Positions 60,553 through 64,000 of a stretch of DNA of 64,000 bases are shown here, piece after piece; positions within the stretch are counted from its first letter, which is position 1, and each line of letters starts with the position of its first letter. The notes beneath the pieces were generated by a model. The model saw only the letters and a list, made by a program, of their open reading frames with translations, was not told the DNA's origin and searched no databases. The DNA is from Escherichia coli (lineage in GTDB: Bacteria; Pseudomonadota; Gammaproteobacteria; Enterobacterales; Enterobacteriaceae). Location: assembly GCF_044324875.1 (NCBI RefSeq), contig NZ_CP172185.1; one strand, written 5' to 3'. The position numbers were made by a program, and so were the translations under genes.

Positions 60553-61470
60553 ATGCTTTTGGCCGGGAGTAGTTTACTGACGTTGCTCGATGATATCGCC
60601 ACACTGCTGGACGATATCTCCGTGATGGGCAAACTGGCGGCGAAGAAAACCGCCGGTGTATTAGGGGATGACTTATCGCTCAATGCGCAACAAGTTTCAG
60701 GCGTGCGGGCCAACCGGGAACTTCCCGTGGTCTGGGGCGTGGCGAAAGGATCGCTGATCAATAAAGTGATTCTGGTGCCGCTGGCGCTGATCATCAGTGC
60801 GTTTATCCCGTGGGCGATTACGCCACTGTTGATGATTGGCGGCGCGTTTCTCTGCTTTGAAGGGGTAGAGAAAGTGCTGCATATGCTGGAGGCGCGTAAA
60901 CATAAAGAAGATCCGGCGCAGAGTCAGCAGCGTCTGGAGAAGCTGGCGGCGCAGGATCCGCTGAAGTTTGAAAAAGACAAAATAAAAGGGGCGATTCGTA
61001 CCGATTTTATATTGTCTGCGGAAATCGTCGCCATCACGCTGGGGATTGTGGCAGAAGCGCCGTTGCTTAATCAGGTGCTGGTGCTTTCAGGCATCGCGCT
61101 GGTAGTGACCGTGGGCGTCTATGGTCTGGTAGGGGTTATCGTTAAGATTGATGACCTGGGGTATTGGCTGGCGGAAAAATCCAGCGCGCTGATGCAGGCA
61201 TTAGGTAAAGGGTTATTGATCATTGCGCCCTGGTTGATGAAGGCGTTATCGATTGTCGGCACGCTGGCGATGTTCCTCGTCGGCGGCGGGATTGTGGTAC
61301 ATGGTATTGCGCCGCTGCATCACGCCATTGAACATTTCGCCGGGCAGCAAAGTGCAGTGGTGGCGATGATATTACCGACTGTTTTAAATCTGATTCTTGG
61401 TTTTATCATCGGCGGCATCGTGGTGCTGGGAGTGAAAGCCGTAGCGAAAATGCGCGGTCAGGCACATTAA
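60553..61470 (+). CDS. yedI: DUF808 inner membrane protein YedI
   Basis: 305 aa membrane protein; start is an alternative codon per track. Confidence 0.8.
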   Translation: MLLAGSSLLTLLDDIATLLDDISVMGKLAAKKTAGVLGDDLSLNAQQVSGVRANRELPVVWGVAKGSLINKVILVPLALIISAFIPWAITPLLMIGGAFLCFEGVEKVLHMLEARKHKEDPAQSQQRLEKLAAQDPLKFEKDKIKGAIRTDFILSAEIVAITLGIVAEAPLLNQVLVLSGIALVVTVGVYGLVGVIVKIDDLGYWLAEKSSALMQALGKGLLIIAPWLMKALSIVGTLAMFLVGGGIVVHGIAPLHHAIEHFAGQQSAVVAMILPTVLNLILGFIIGGIVVLGVKAVAKMRGQAH

Positions 61471-61548
61471 TACTCGCACTGGCTATTATGCAAAATTCGC
61501 CATCTTAAACTAAGGTGAACAAGTTTCACTCGAAAAAAGGAGGCGAGT

Positions 61549-61731
61549 ATGAGCTTTATGGTTAGTGAGGAAGTTACGGTTAAAGAGGGCGGCCCGCGGA
61601 TGATTGTCACCGGATACTCCAGCGGTATGGTTGAGTGTCGTTGGTATGACGGTTACGGGGTCAAGCGGGAAGCTTTTCATGAAACCGAGCTTGTTCCAGG
61701 GGAGGGGAGTCGTCCTGCGGAAGAAGTTTGA
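61549..61731 (+). CDS. yodC: Small protein YodC
   Basis: 60 aa; GGAGG RBS upstream; MSFMVSEEVTVKEGGPRMIVTGYSSGMVECRWYDGYGVKREAFHETELV. Confidence 0.7.
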   Translation: MSFMVSEEVTVKEGGPRMIVTGYSSGMVECRWYDGYGVKREAFHETELVPGEGSRPAEEV

Positions 61732-61901
61732 AAGGGTATCATTAACACCAGGCCGGATCACATCCGGCCTGGTGTGCCAATGCCTGCAATGAATGATAGT
61801 CGCGTCTTATCATGCCACCATTATAAAATTATCGCTGTTTTGCGGTACGTTATCGCCGGGTTATGCCAGAATCATAAAAAAGCAGGTTGGGAGTCGTCAG
61901 G

Positions 61902-64000
<2,099 letters not shown>

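Overview
This window reads as an E. coli chromosomal segment (reverse-complemented relative to K-12 around serU) carrying a ~46 kb mosaic lambdoid prophage integrated into the 3' half of tRNA-Ser(CGA) serU. Left flank: mtfA (partial) and an intact serU. Prophage (about 898..47228), in order: lambda-type integrase/excisionase, a large DnaQ-like exonuclease, a Rha-like regulator, a DicF sRNA homolog, a PaaR-PaaA-ParE-like three-gene toxin-antitoxin cassette next to a DicA-like repressor, a divergent Cro/YdaS-YdaT module, an O-like replication initiator with internal iterons plus a DnaC-like loader, an accessory cluster (QueH-like gene, hok-family type I toxin, lipoprotein, ParDE), DUF968, RusA, a Q-like antiterminator, a phage-21-type lysis cassette (S21 pinholin, SAR endolysin, Rz/Rz1) with two extra ORFs inserted, an HK97-type packaging/head module, and a lambda-type tail (V, G/G-T frameshift, tape measure, M, L, K, I, J, collagen-like side tail fibre, tfa). 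J is split by an IS21-family element and tfa by an IS66-family element, each with a target-site duplication, so the prophage is probably tail-defective. Right flank is core genome: zinT, msrQP, hiuH, hprRS, hchA, yedS, yedR, yedJ (apparent frameshift), dcm-vsr, yedA, yedI, yodC, dgcQ and partial yedP. No CRISPR array and no large known defence operon was found. The best candidates for unexplored biology are the accessory cluster at 12.3-14.8 kb, the dicF/antisense small-ORF region at 5.7-7.1 kb, the ORF pair inserted in the lysis cassette, and the three genes after J. All calls come from reading the sequence and ORF track against remembered protein families; no database search was run, and hand-derived coordinates may be off by a few bases.
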